A DNA stretch of 64,000 nt from Oscillospiraceae bacterium (GTDB lineage: Bacteria > Bacillota > Clostridia > Oscillospirales > Ruminococcaceae), in assembly GCA_017547525.1 (NCBI GenBank), contig JAFYPL010000003.1:1426-65425 (forward strand), in the 5' to 3' direction. Under the pieces are notes generated by a model. That model saw only the letters and a program-made list of their open reading frames with translations. It was not told where the DNA came from and ran no database searches. The translations under genes were made by a program, and so were the position numbers. Below are positions 1 to 9,729 of this stretch, piece by piece (the stretch's first letter is position 1; every line of letters begins with the position of its first letter).

Positions 1-451
1 AGACACAGCATTCTTCGCTACAAACTGCGGTCTGCAGGAACCAATGCTGAAAAAAGTTCTTGAACTTGGCGCTATCTACCCACAGCCATGCTGCCCATCT
101 CCATACCATGCATTCCCTAACGTTCTTGGTATCGAAATCCCAGAAGAAAAAGCTGGCGACGTAGCATACTGCATCGAACAGGTAACAGCTAAAATTGCTG
201 AACTGGGTATGACAGGCAGAACATCTACTTGGACATGTCCAATGAACATGGCTTACATCGAAGGTCTCTGCGAATACGGTCTTGATTGGATCGACGCAGG
301 TTGCCCAGCTGACCAGAGATTCGTTCCAGAAAAAATCTCCGAATGCATCGGTGAAGCTGCTGGCGCTAACGTAACATACAGAGCACAGGTTCTGGATGGT
401 ATCACATACGAAAACATCCTCGTATTCCTTGGCGATTACGTAACATTCTAA
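1..451 (+). CDS. 3' part of a solute-binding lipoprotein candidate (DUF3798-like, PBP type I) for the downstream ABC importer; the 5' end lies outside the window
   Basis: The frame is open from base 2, so the ORF continues upstream. Codon usage is of the high-expression type. It is followed by hairpins and then by ABC ATPase and permease genes. The family call is from memory of Cys-rich DUF3798 C-termini. Confidence 0.5.
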   Translation, partial: DTAFFATNCGLQEPMLKKVLELGAIYPQPCCPSPYHAFPNVLGIEIPEEKAGDVAYCIEQVTAKIAELGMTGRTSTWTCPMNMAYIEGLCEYGLDWIDAGCPADQRFVPEKISECIGEAAGANVTYRAQVLDGITYENILVFLGDYVTF

Positions 452-695
452 TCTGTAAATTATCTGACTTTTATAATCAGGGATTTATAAACGTACAGTA
501 TAGGGGAGAAGTTAATTCTCCCCTTATTGTATAAAATGCCCTGATACACTTTTGAAAAAACTTTTTTATTTCATAATCCCTGAAAATTTAAAAGACCATT
601 TTTCAAAGCTGTTAAAAACAGCTTTTTTAATTTGAATTTTCTTCTCTTGAGAAAAGAGATTTTATATACCAATAAATTTATATGAGGTGATTTTT

Positions 696-2285
696 TTGGA
701 AAACTTAAAACCAGTTCTTGAGATGGTAGATGTTAAAAAGAGCTATTTTGGTAACCAGGTTCTTAAAGGTGTTTCCCTTAAAGTAATGCCAGGTGAAATT
801 CACGCTCTGTGTGGCGAAAATGGTGCCGGTAAATCTACACTTATGAACATTCTCTTCGGTATGCCTGTTATCCACAGCACAGGTGGTTTTGAAGGCGAAA
901 TCAGAATGAATGGCGAGGTTATTGATATCAAGACTCCTCGTGATGCTATGAAATACGGCATCGGTATGGTTCATCAGGAATTTATGCTTATCCCTGGTTT
1001 TACTATCGAAGAAAACGTTAAACTGAACCGCGAACCTCTGAAAGAAAGCATTCTGGGTAAATTCCTTGGCGAACCAATGAAAAACCTGAACCGCGACGAA
1101 ATCAGAAAAGATACACAGGCTGCTCTTGACCAGCTGGGTATGGATATGGTTCCTGCAGATAAAGTTGCAGGCCTGCCTGTTGGTTATATGCAGTTCGTTG
1201 AAATTGCCCGTGAAATCGACAAACGCGGTGTTAAACTGCTGGTATTCGATGAACCTACAGCTGTTCTTACAGAAGGCGAAGCAGAAAGACTGCTGGCTGC
1301 TATGAGAGCTCTGGCTGACCAGGGTATTGCTATCCTGTTTATCACACATCGTCTGGACGAAGTTATGGCTGCTACACAGCACATCACAATCATCCGTGAC
1401 GGTGCATTTGTTAAATATCTTAACACAGCCGATACAAATGTTACAGAAATTTCCGCACTGATGGTTGGTCGTGAAGTTGAAGTTATTGAAAGAGCAAAAC
1501 ATCACGAAGCAAGCAACGAAATCGTAATGGAAATTGAAAACCTGGAAGTTAATATGCCTGGTGAAATGGTTAAAGGTGTAAACCTTAAAGTTGAAAAAGG
1601 TGAAATTCTGGGTATCGGTGGTCTTGCTGGCCAGGGTAAAATTGGTATTGCCAATGGTATCATGGGTCTGTACTCAGCTACCGGTAAAGTAACATTTGAA
1701 GGCAAAGAAGTTGCATTGAATAATCCAAAAGCTGCTATCAATGCACAGATTGCATTCGTATCTGAAGACAGACGTGGCGTTGGTCTGCTGCTGGATGAAA
1801 GTATTGCATTTAATATTGCTGTTCCAGCAATGCAGAATCAGGGTAAATTCCTGAAAAAATACGGCCCAATCTCTCTGATGGATCAGGCTGCTATTACAGA
1901 AAACGCAAACAAATACATCGAAGAACTGGATATCCGTTGTACAGGTCCTAACCAGAACGTTAGAAGACTTTCCGGTGGTAACCAGCAGAAAGTATGTATT
2001 GCTAAAGCTCTTACAAGCGAACCAAAAATCATCTTCGTTTCCGAACCTACACGTGGTATCGATATCGGTGCTAAACGTCTTGTTCTGGACACACTGGTTA
2101 AACTGAACGAAGAAGAAGGTATGACAGTAGTTATCACTTCTTCCGAACTTGCTGAACTGAAATCTGTATGTGACAGAATTGCTATTGTTACAGAAGGTAA
2201 AGTTGTTGGCGTTCTGCCAGCCAGCGAAAGTGATGCTAAATTTGGTCTGCTGATGAGTGGTATCACAGAAGGAATGGAGGGTTAA
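696..2285 (+). CDS. ABC transporter ATP-binding protein with two fused ATPase domains (CUT2 sugar/nucleoside type)
   Basis: Walker A GENGAGKST, signature and Walker B LLVFDEPT in domain 1, and LSGGNQQK in domain 2. The likely start is TTG 696, 6 nt after the GAGGTG Shine-Dalgarno; the track start GTG 687 is the alternative. Confidence 0.9.
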   Translation: MENLKPVLEMVDVKKSYFGNQVLKGVSLKVMPGEIHALCGENGAGKSTLMNILFGMPVIHSTGGFEGEIRMNGEVIDIKTPRDAMKYGIGMVHQEFMLIPGFTIEENVKLNREPLKESILGKFLGEPMKNLNRDEIRKDTQAALDQLGMDMVPADKVAGLPVGYMQFVEIAREIDKRGVKLLVFDEPTAVLTEGEAERLLAAMRALADQGIAILFITHRLDEVMAATQHITIIRDGAFVKYLNTADTNVTEISALMVGREVEVIERAKHHEASNEIVMEIENLEVNMPGEMVKGVNLKVEKGEILGIGGLAGQGKIGIANGIMGLYSATGKVTFEGKEVALNNPKAAINAQIAFVSEDRRGVGLLLDESIAFNIAVPAMQNQGKFLKKYGPISLMDQAAITENANKYIEELDIRCTGPNQNVRRLSGGNQQKVCIAKALTSEPKIIFVSEPTRGIDIGAKRLVLDTLVKLNEEEGMTVVITSSELAELKSVCDRIAIVTEGKVVGVLPASESDAKFGLLMSGITEGMEG

Positions 2286-2289
2286 TACT

Positions 2290-3330
2290 ATGGAAAAAGC
2301 TAAAAAATTAATACAGGATTATGGTGTTAGCCGTTTTATAGTAACTTGCTTTGCTATTCTCCTTCTGGTTGTTGCTTTCCTGCAGGGTCAGGATATGAAC
2401 ATCCTTTTCTCTGACATTATTAACCGTTTCGGCATGTACGCATTCTTCTCACTGGCAATGGTACCTTCTATCATTTCCGGTACACTGCTGAACTTCGGTA
2501 TTACACTTGGTATCCTGGCAGGCGTTCTTGCTGGTCTTATCAGCCTTGAGCTGGGTATGACAGGCCTTACAGGTATTGGTTTTGCTCTTGCACTGGCTAT
2601 TCCTTTTGGCGTAATCGTTGGTTTTGCTTATGGCCTGCTGCTTAACAAAGTTAAAGGCAGTGAAATGGTTGTTGCTACATACGTAGGTTATGCAGCTGTT
2701 TACATCATGTGTATCGGCTGGATGGTTCTGCCATTCAAAAATCCTGCTATGGTATGGGCTATCGGTGGTGAAGGTCTGCGTACTACAATCACACTGGACG
2801 GCTACTATGATGCTATCCTGTCCGGTATGTGGAACTTCCAGATCGGCGGCGTAACTATCCAGGGCGGTATGATCGCTATTATTGCACTGGCTTGCTTCAT
2901 TGTTTACCTGTTCACACGTTCAAAAATGGGTATTGCAATGAGAGCTGCAGGTGCTAACCCTATCTACGCTTCTGCTGTTGGCGTTAACGTAAACAAACAG
3001 CGTATTATCGGTACAATTCTTTCTACAGTTCTGGGTGCTCTCGGTATCATCATCTACGCACAGGCATTTGGTTTCTACCAGCTGTACACAGCACCAATGA
3101 ACATGTCTATGTACCCTGTAGCTGCTGTTCTTATCGGTGGTGCTACAACAAGAAAAATCAAAATCAGCCACGTTTTACTGGGTACAGTTCTTTACCAGAC
3201 AATTATTACAGTTGCTGTTCCTGTAGCTTCTATCCTGGTACCAGACGGTGGTCTTGGTGACGTAGTTCGTATTATCGTTTCCAACGGTATTATCCTCTAC
3301 GCACTTGCACAGGCAGGAGGTAACAAATAA
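2290..3330 (+). CDS. ABC transporter permease (BPD_transp_2 type)
   Basis: Polytopic hydrophobic protein. ATG 2290 is preceded by GGAGGG. It follows the ATPase, as in bmp/nup-type operons. Confidence 0.85.
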   Translation: MEKAKKLIQDYGVSRFIVTCFAILLLVVAFLQGQDMNILFSDIINRFGMYAFFSLAMVPSIISGTLLNFGITLGILAGVLAGLISLELGMTGLTGIGFALALAIPFGVIVGFAYGLLLNKVKGSEMVVATYVGYAAVYIMCIGWMVLPFKNPAMVWAIGGEGLRTTITLDGYYDAILSGMWNFQIGGVTIQGGMIAIIALACFIVYLFTRSKMGIAMRAAGANPIYASAVGVNVNKQRIIGTILSTVLGALGIIIYAQAFGFYQLYTAPMNMSMYPVAAVLIGGATTRKIKISHVLLGTVLYQTIITVAVPVASILVPDGGLGDVVRIIVSNGIILYALAQAGGNK

Positions 3331-4556
3331 TGTTTAAAAATAAAAAATTCAACATTAAAGAATTCCTCAGTGAAAACGCAGTTCCTGTAGTATTCCTTAC
3401 ACTTTCAATCATTTTCGTTTACTATTCCGGCACACAGCCAGCTATCATCATGAATGACGTTGTTGCTCGTTTCGCACGTAACGCATTCTTCGTTCTGTCC
3501 CTGCTGTTCCCAGTTCTTGCTGGTATGGGTCTGAACTTTGGTATCGTAGTTGGTGCTATGGCAGCTCAGATTGGTATTTACACAGCTCTGGCCCTTGAAC
3601 TTTCTGGTCTTCCAGCTGTTCTTCTGGCTACAGTAGTATGTATCCCATTTGCACTGCTGTTCGGCTTCCTTTCTGGTTGGCTTAACAACAAAACAAAAGG
3701 TCAGGAAATGCTGACATCCATGTTTGTTGGTTACTTTGCACACGGCGTTTACATGCTGCTGTTCCTGTTCATCATCGGTGGTATTATCCCAATTAACGTT
3801 TACGAACTGGTTCTGCCATCCGGCGTTGGCGCAAGAAGCTCCCTTGACCTTACACAGATTAAAGGTGCTCTTGACAGCATTGTAAAAGTTGACCTGTTTA
3901 CATTTGTATTTATCCTTGCAGCACTGTCTGCAGTTATTACAGTAGCAAACACAATCAAAAACAAAAAACTGGACGTTACAAAAACAGTTTTAACAGTTGC
4001 CCTGGTTGTGGTTGGTGTTGCTGGTAACACACTGCCTGCACTTTCAATGTTCAAACGCGTTGTTAAAGTTCCAGTTGTTACATATGCACTGATTGGTATC
4101 CTGTGCGCATTTATCTCAATGTTCTTTAAAACAAAACTTGGTCAGGACATGAGAGCTGTTGGTATGAACATGGAAATCGCTGAAGTTAGCGGTATCAATG
4201 TTAACAAAACACGTATCACAGCTAATATGATTTCTGTTGTTCTTTCCGCATTCGGTCAGATTATGTTCCTGCAGAACCTTGGTACACTGTCTACATATAC
4301 AGCTCACCAGAACGTAGGTATGTTTGCTGGTGCTGCTCTCCTTATCGGTGGCGCATCTGTTACAAAAGCTACAGTTCCACAGGCTCTTCTGGGTACATTC
4401 CTGTTCCACCTGCTGTTTAACGTATCACCACTGGCTGGCCAGAATATCTTTGGCTCTGCTCTTATCGGCGAATACTTCCGCGTATTTATCGTTTACGGTG
4501 TTATCGCTCTGGCTATCGTTCTTCACGCAGCTAAAAAAGCAAGCGGCAAAAAATAA
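3330..4556 (+). CDS. ABC transporter permease (second subunit)
   Basis: Polytopic membrane protein. The ATG overlaps the upstream stop (TAATG). A terminator follows. Confidence 0.85.
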   Translation: MFKNKKFNIKEFLSENAVPVVFLTLSIIFVYYSGTQPAIIMNDVVARFARNAFFVLSLLFPVLAGMGLNFGIVVGAMAAQIGIYTALALELSGLPAVLLATVVCIPFALLFGFLSGWLNNKTKGQEMLTSMFVGYFAHGVYMLLFLFIIGGIIPINVYELVLPSGVGARSSLDLTQIKGALDSIVKVDLFTFVFILAALSAVITVANTIKNKKLDVTKTVLTVALVVVGVAGNTLPALSMFKRVVKVPVVTYALIGILCAFISMFFKTKLGQDMRAVGMNMEIAEVSGINVNKTRITANMISVVLSAFGQIMFLQNLGTLSTYTAHQNVGMFAGAALLIGGASVTKATVPQALLGTFLFHLLFNVSPLAGQNIFGSALIGEYFRVFIVYGVIALAIVLHAAKKASGKK

Positions 4557-4566
4557 TAACAAATTA

Positions 4567-4599
4567 AAAGGCATCCGAAAGGGTGCCTTTTGTTTTTTT
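4567..4599 (+). terminator. Rho-independent terminator of the ABC importer operon
   Basis: AAAGGCATCC-gaaa-GGGTGCCTTT followed by a T-run. Confidence 0.8.
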
Positions 4600-4660
4600 G
4601 AAATATAAAAGTCAGGTAATCACTGATTGCCTGACCATATATTAAAATTTTTATGTTAAA

Positions 4661-5752
4661 TTATCTGCCGGCGAACATATGTATTATTTCTCTCATTTGA
4701 GGTAACCTTTTTTCCATATCTTCCACAAGCTTCAGATGGGTGCGGCAACGCCACAGATTCTGGTCAGCATATTTTATACCAAAATATACATCACCAGACA
4801 GATAGTCTGTCAGGAAGCGCAGGGCATTTTCATAAGTGATTACAAGAGGTGCTATCACGAAAGTTTCGATTTCTTCATCGGTGAGAAAATCTTTACCACT
4901 ACTCATATATCCTGCGGCACATGATCTGAAAAGCTCCATATTCAGGCATACTTTTTCAAGATTGTGCTCGTCTTCTGCGGTACCTGCGCCACCGGAACGT
5001 ATCATATCACCAAAATCATAGCAGGCAGCCCCTGGCATAACAGTATCCAGATCAACTATACACAAAGGTTTACCGGTGTCTTTATCGAAAAGTATATTGT
5101 TGAGTTTGGCATCGTTATGAACTACTCGCAACGGAATCTGCCCTCTTTTCAGTTTGGAGGTTATCCGGCTGGACAGATAATTTTTATCTATACACTGTTG
5201 AATCTCTTCAGTTACATTTTTTGCTCTGCGGGCAACATCTTCATTGACTGATTTTAAGAAGTTTTCGTAACGAATCTCTGTATTATGGAAATTTACTATA
5301 GTTTCTGCCAGAGTGTGTGCAGGAAAGTCAGCCAGTTTTTTATGAAACTCTGCGAAAGCAGCAGCACAGTTATAAAAGTCCTGTGGTTTTTCGATTATGT
5401 CGTATGTAATGGTATCCTCAATCATTACAAGGCAACGATAATAACTACCATCAATTTCTTCATACATTTTTCCGGAAAGTGATGGTATAACTGAAAGAAC
5501 AGATCTGTGAATATCTTCGTCAGCAGACATATTATTCTGCAGATAGCCTGTTACACTACAGATGTTTTGCATCAGGTTTGCTACGTCAGGAAAGACATAG
5601 TTATTGATTTTTTGCATTATTATATTGTATTGACTACCGTTTTCTTCCTCTAAAGATACACGGTAAGTAGAGTTTATATGACCATTTCCCATAGGAGAAA
5701 TACTGATTATTTTATCGTTTGTAAACAGGCCGACAATATTTTTCATAAACAT
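4661..5752 (-). CDS. APH-fold sugar anomeric kinase, N-acetylhexosamine 1-kinase (NahK)-like / methylthioribose-kinase-like
   Basis: GNGHINSTY nucleotide loop, HNDAKLNNILFD catalytic loop, DLDTVMPG metal-binding motif, and 363 aa length. Confidence 0.7.
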   Translation of the reverse strand: MFMKNIVGLFTNDKIISISPMGNGHINSTYRVSLEEENGSQYNIIMQKINNYVFPDVANLMQNICSVTGYLQNNMSADEDIHRSVLSVIPSLSGKMYEEIDGSYYRCLVMIEDTITYDIIEKPQDFYNCAAAFAEFHKKLADFPAHTLAETIVNFHNTEIRYENFLKSVNEDVARRAKNVTEEIQQCIDKNYLSSRITSKLKRGQIPLRVVHNDAKLNNILFDKDTGKPLCIVDLDTVMPGAACYDFGDMIRSGGAGTAEDEHNLEKVCLNMELFRSCAAGYMSSGKDFLTDEEIETFVIAPLVITYENALRFLTDYLSGDVYFGIKYADQNLWRCRTHLKLVEDMEKRLPQMREIIHMFAGR

Positions 5753-5915
5753 ACCTCTATTATCTGATAATTATATTTTAAAACAAAATCATTAAAATGA
5801 AAAGAGACAAATTGCTGATAAAACCAGAATGGTATGCTATAATACAAATTGATTATAGATAATAAAATTGCTATACTTAATCTATATAATTGATTATTGA
5901 TAAAGGGAGATTGCC

Positions 5916-6623
5916 ATGAAAAAAACTATAGCTGTATTATGTGCCATGAAGGGTGAAGCCCAACCACTTATAGACAGAATGACTTCACTGGAAGATGAAA
6001 GTGCCTGTGGTTTTGAAATATACCGCGGAAAAATTGAAGAGAATGATATACTTATATGTATTTCTGGTGTAGGTATGGTAAATATGGCTTCACTGGTTAC
6101 ATATCTGTCTGTGAAGTACTCACCGGAATGTTTTCTGAACTATGGTATTATCGGTGGATATGGTGATATACACAAAGGCAGTCTGATTATAATAAAAGAT
6201 TCTGTAAATATAAATTCTACAATGTATGATGCGGCACCACAGGGCAGTGGTACCAGCCTTTCCAGAGCAAGACTGGTGACATTCAGTGAAAATATTGATA
6301 ATTCACCTGTTATCTATAAATCCTGTGATAAACTTATAGAAGTTGCAACATCAGTGGCTGGTGAAGATGTGGTGCACGGCAGACTGGGCTCTGGTGATGT
6401 GTGGAATAAAGAATATGATAAAATAATGCAGTTTTACAATGAATATGGTGTATGCGGTGAGGATATGGAAGGCTATGCTATGTATCAGGCTGCAGATAAA
6501 TTCGGTATACCTGCACTTTCACTGAAAGGTGTTTCAAATAATGAAATACTGGGCGAAACATATGATTATTCAGTTATGGAAAAACTGGTGGATTTTGCGT
6601 ATTCTGTGATTGAAGTATTATAG
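5916..6623 (+). CDS. MTA/SAH-nucleosidase-like protein (PNP_UDP_1 fold) with an atypical active site
   Basis: Motifs AMKGE, SGVGMVN, GSGD and GEDMEGYA align with MtnN. The ISD motif reads VSN here. Confidence 0.7.
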   Translation: MKKTIAVLCAMKGEAQPLIDRMTSLEDESACGFEIYRGKIEENDILICISGVGMVNMASLVTYLSVKYSPECFLNYGIIGGYGDIHKGSLIIIKDSVNINSTMYDAAPQGSGTSLSRARLVTFSENIDNSPVIYKSCDKLIEVATSVAGEDVVHGRLGSGDVWNKEYDKIMQFYNEYGVCGEDMEGYAMYQAADKFGIPALSLKGVSNNEILGETYDYSVMEKLVDFAYSVIEVL

Positions 6624-6724
6624 GACAATGCGAAACGGTAAGCAGAAATAGTTGGCTATGCCCCAGATGTGTGGAAGGGCTGGTCATAGAATAAATATAA
6701 AAAAATTAATGGAGGTAATTCTAT

Positions 6725-7696
6725 ATGAAAATCGGTGTATTGGGAACTGGGAAAATTGTACACGTGATTACAAAAACATTAAAAGGTATGGATAGCATGG
6801 AGTGCTACGCCATCGCTTCACGTACAAAGGAACGAGGCGAAACAGCGGCAAAAGAGTTTGGTTTCCAGGTGGGCTATGGCTCCTATGAGGAACTGGTGGC
6901 AGATCCAAACGTGGAACTTGTGTATATCGCCACACCACACTCCAGACATTTTGAAGACATGAAACTTTGTATCGCTGCTGGTAAGCCAGTGCTTTGTGAA
7001 AAGGCGTTCACATTAAATGCTGCTCAGGCAGCAGAAATTCAGGCTATGGCAAAGGATGCTGGTGTTTATGTAGCAGAGGCTATCTGGACCCGTTATCAGC
7101 CATCCAGACAGTTAATTAACGAGGTTATAGACAGTGGCATCATTGGTAAGGTAAACACTCTTACTGCAAATCTGTCTTACGTGATAAGTCATATAGAACG
7201 ACTTTTTAAACCAGAATTGGCTGGTGGAGCTTTACTTGATATTGGTGTCTATGGTATCAATTTTGCTTTGATGCACTTTGGTGAAGACATTGTACGCATG
7301 GAATCTTCGGTACAGATGATGGAAACAGGAGTAGATGGTATGGAAACTATTACCATGTTTTACCGAGATGGCAAAATGGCAGTACTGACTCACAGTGCGT
7401 ATTGTCGTTCTGACCGCAAGGGTATTTTCCATGGTGATAAGGGGTATATCGTTGTGGAAAACATCAATAATCCACAGTCAATTTCAGTATATGATGACAA
7501 CGATAATCTGGTTAAATTCATCGCTGTGCCAGAACAGATTACAGGTTATGAGTATCAGTTTGAAGAATGTGCACGTTGTATTGCAGAGGGAAAAATAGAA
7601 AGTGATTCTATGCCTTTGGATGAAAGTGTTAAATTGATGAAAGTGATGGATGCCTTGAGAAAATCTTGGGGAATGGTATATCCACAGGAGAGATAA
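6725..7696 (+). CDS. Gfo/Idh/MocA family NAD(P)-dependent oxidoreductase
   Basis: N-terminal Rossmann motif MKIGVLGTGKI, the EKA motif (CEKAF), and 323 aa length. Confidence 0.85.
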   Translation: MKIGVLGTGKIVHVITKTLKGMDSMECYAIASRTKERGETAAKEFGFQVGYGSYEELVADPNVELVYIATPHSRHFEDMKLCIAAGKPVLCEKAFTLNAAQAAEIQAMAKDAGVYVAEAIWTRYQPSRQLINEVIDSGIIGKVNTLTANLSYVISHIERLFKPELAGGALLDIGVYGINFALMHFGEDIVRMESSVQMMETGVDGMETITMFYRDGKMAVLTHSAYCRSDRKGIFHGDKGYIVVENINNPQSISVYDDNDNLVKFIAVPEQITGYEYQFEECARCIAEGKIESDSMPLDESVKLMKVMDALRKSWGMVYPQER

Positions 7697-7712
7697 AACA
7701 AAGAGGATAATA

Positions 7713-8177
7713 ATGATAAGAGTTTTATTTGTTTGCCACGGCAATATCTGCCGTAGTCCAATGGCAGAGTTTGTGATGAAAGATATGGTGGCAAAGCAGG
7801 GGCTGGAAGATAAGTTTTACATAGCTTCAGCTGCTACCAGCACCGAGGAAATATGGCGTGGGGTTGGTAATCCTGTGTATCCGCCGGCACAGAGGGAATT
7901 GACAAAGCATGGTATATCCTGCGATGGTAAGCGTGCAGTGCAGGTGACAAGAGAAGATTATGATAAATATGATATTATTATCTGTATGGACTCAAATAAC
8001 ATGCGAAATATAAAAAGAATCATTCCGTCTGATCCGGAAAGCAAGATTCATAAACTGATGGACTTTGCCAATGGTGGTGATGTGGCTGACCCATGGTATA
8101 CCGGTGATTTTGAAACAACTTACCGTGATGTACTGCGGGGGTGCAAAGGCGTTTTGGAATGTCTGCTCAATAAATAA
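7713..8177 (+). CDS. Low-molecular-weight protein-tyrosine phosphatase
   Basis: CHGNICRSP P-loop (C-X5-R-S) and a DPWY general-acid motif. Confidence 0.9.
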   Translation: MIRVLFVCHGNICRSPMAEFVMKDMVAKQGLEDKFYIASAATSTEEIWRGVGNPVYPPAQRELTKHGISCDGKRAVQVTREDYDKYDIIICMDSNNMRNIKRIIPSDPESKIHKLMDFANGGDVADPWYTGDFETTYRDVLRGCKGVLECLLNK

Positions 8178-8186
8178 CATCAAAAT

Positions 8187-8217
8187 AAAAAGGTGGCATC
8201 AGCCACCTTTTTATTTT
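8187..8217. terminator. Bidirectional terminator between convergent genes
   Basis: AAAAAGGTGGC-atca-GCCACCTTTTT. Confidence 0.8.
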
Positions 8218-8587
8218 ACTTGTATTTACGGAAATCAGCACCGCACCATGGGCAAAAGTCAGGTAAAGGACCATTGCCGTCGCCCATTTCACCAGAACGA
8301 GTATTCTTCACGGTTGGTATACTTATATGGCATATAGGACAGGTAGATAGGAAATAGCCTATGTAAAAATTCAGGGCAATTTCGATAGCAACCCATATTA
8401 TTACGGCGTTGTTATAAATGCGGTAGTAGGGACCGGCAATTTCTGCAGCCAGAAAGTTTTGAGCAATAAGAGCATAAGCCACTAGACACAGAGTGCTGAA
8501 TAAACTTGCTTTCCTGAATATTTTTCTTTTTTGTACAAATCTTTGTATTTTAAATTCATTATCCATATTACACCCCAATAAATCCAT
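8216..8587 (-). CDS. Hypothetical membrane protein with a C-terminal zinc-ribbon (CPIC...CPWC)
   Basis: Two or three hydrophobic helices followed by CxxC-N27-CxxC. Confidence 0.5.
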   Translation of the reverse strand: MDLLGCNMDNEFKIQRFVQKRKIFRKASLFSTLCLVAYALIAQNFLAAEIAGPYYRIYNNAVIIWVAIEIALNFYIGYFLSTCPICHISIPTVKNTRSGEMGDGNGPLPDFCPWCGADFRKYK

Positions 8588-8669
8588 ATGATGATTATAC
8601 CATATAAAATATTTTTGATAAATATATGAAAAATGAAAAGCAGCCGTCAGGGCTGCTTTTTCTCAGGGA

Positions 8670-9134
8670 TTATTCGTCCCAGTTATCTTCGTACATTTTT
8701 GCTTCCATCTGGTGGCCTTTTTTAATCAGTTCTTCCACCTTATTTGCGGCCCATACCACATATTCAGCACATGTCCACTGGCCGTCAACTCTTTCTTTGA
8801 CTGTTTTGCCTACTAATTCCTGGCATCTTACATTGCCGAATTTTTCTTCGAATGCCTGCAGGAATTCTTCCATCAGAGCATAACCACGAGAATCAAGATG
8901 ACCGCCTACTTCATAAAAGCCGAATTCAGCACCCAGAGCTACAGCCGCACCATTTACAGCACCACAGTGGGCATCGCGTTTTTTGTTGCCATGAATAAAT
9001 GTAACCAGTTTAACGGTTTCAATAGGCAGATTAACCACGCCACGTTCAATCAGCAGACGCAGTGTGCTCTGTGAACAGCTCAGGCCTTCTTCACCAAAAT
9101 ATGGGATTTCTTTGTTGATTAAATAGTCACTCAT
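8670..9134 (-). CDS. C_GCAxxG_C_C family protein (putative redox/metal protein)
   Basis: Conserved Cys pattern: LSCSQSTL, HCGAVNGA, RCQEL, TCAEY. Confidence 0.75.
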   Translation of the reverse strand: MSDYLINKEIPYFGEEGLSCSQSTLRLLIERGVVNLPIETVKLVTFIHGNKKRDAHCGAVNGAAVALGAEFGFYEVGGHLDSRGYALMEEFLQAFEEKFGNVRCQELVGKTVKERVDGQWTCAEYVVWAANKVEELIKKGHQMEAKMYEDNWDE

Positions 9135-9154
9135 AACAATTCTCCTGTATGTAA

Positions 9155-9592
9155 TTATTTATTGCGTTCTTTTTCTTCTTTCAGCAGTCTTTCCACAGTT
9201 TCTGCTGCGAACAGAACATATTCAGCGCAGTTATACTGCTGTTCCAGACTTTCCAGTGGTCTGCCGTCAGCAAGGCCGAGACATTTGATGCTACCGAATT
9301 TTTCTTCAAAAGCAGTCAGGAATTCTTCTACCAGACGATAAACAGTGCTGCTGTCATGGCCTGGTTCAGTTTTACCATATACAGAGCCGATTGCCGCACA
9401 TGCACCATTGATAGCGCCACAGTTGGCATATCTGTTGCCACTGCCGTTAATATTGCCATGCAGGCCTGTCATCATTTTTACAGCGCTCATAGGCAGGTCA
9501 ACCACACCGCGTTCAATCAGCAGACGCAGGGTGCTTTCAGAGCAAGCCATCGCATCATCACCGAAATATGGCACTTTTTCGTTTATAATCAT
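9155..9592 (-). CDS. C_GCAxxG_C_C family protein, tandem paralog
   Basis: MACSESTL, NCGAINGA, KCLGL, NCAEY. It lies 20 nt upstream of its paralog. Confidence 0.75.
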   Translation of the reverse strand: MIINEKVPYFGDDAMACSESTLRLLIERGVVDLPMSAVKMMTGLHGNINGSGNRYANCGAINGACAAIGSVYGKTEPGHDSSTVYRLVEEFLTAFEEKFGSIKCLGLADGRPLESLEQQYNCAEYVLFAAETVERLLKEEKERNK

Positions 9593-9729
9593 AATATAAA
9601 TCCCCCTTGAATTATTGGTTATATGATAACATAACCGGAGTAAAAAGTAAATTTTAATGTATTTACAGTGGTATTATTTTTGTGACTGTATACAATACTA
9701 TAGTTAAAATTATTCAACAGGGATAAGAT

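Noticed and set aside
474-588. A long-range inverted repeat, TCAGGGATT...AATCCCTGA, in the spacer after the first binding-protein gene. It was considered as a possible riboswitch.
   Set aside because: The region is better explained as a series of terminator or attenuator hairpins (513-535, 606-628) that uncouple binding-protein and translocator expression. I recognise no riboswitch consensus there.
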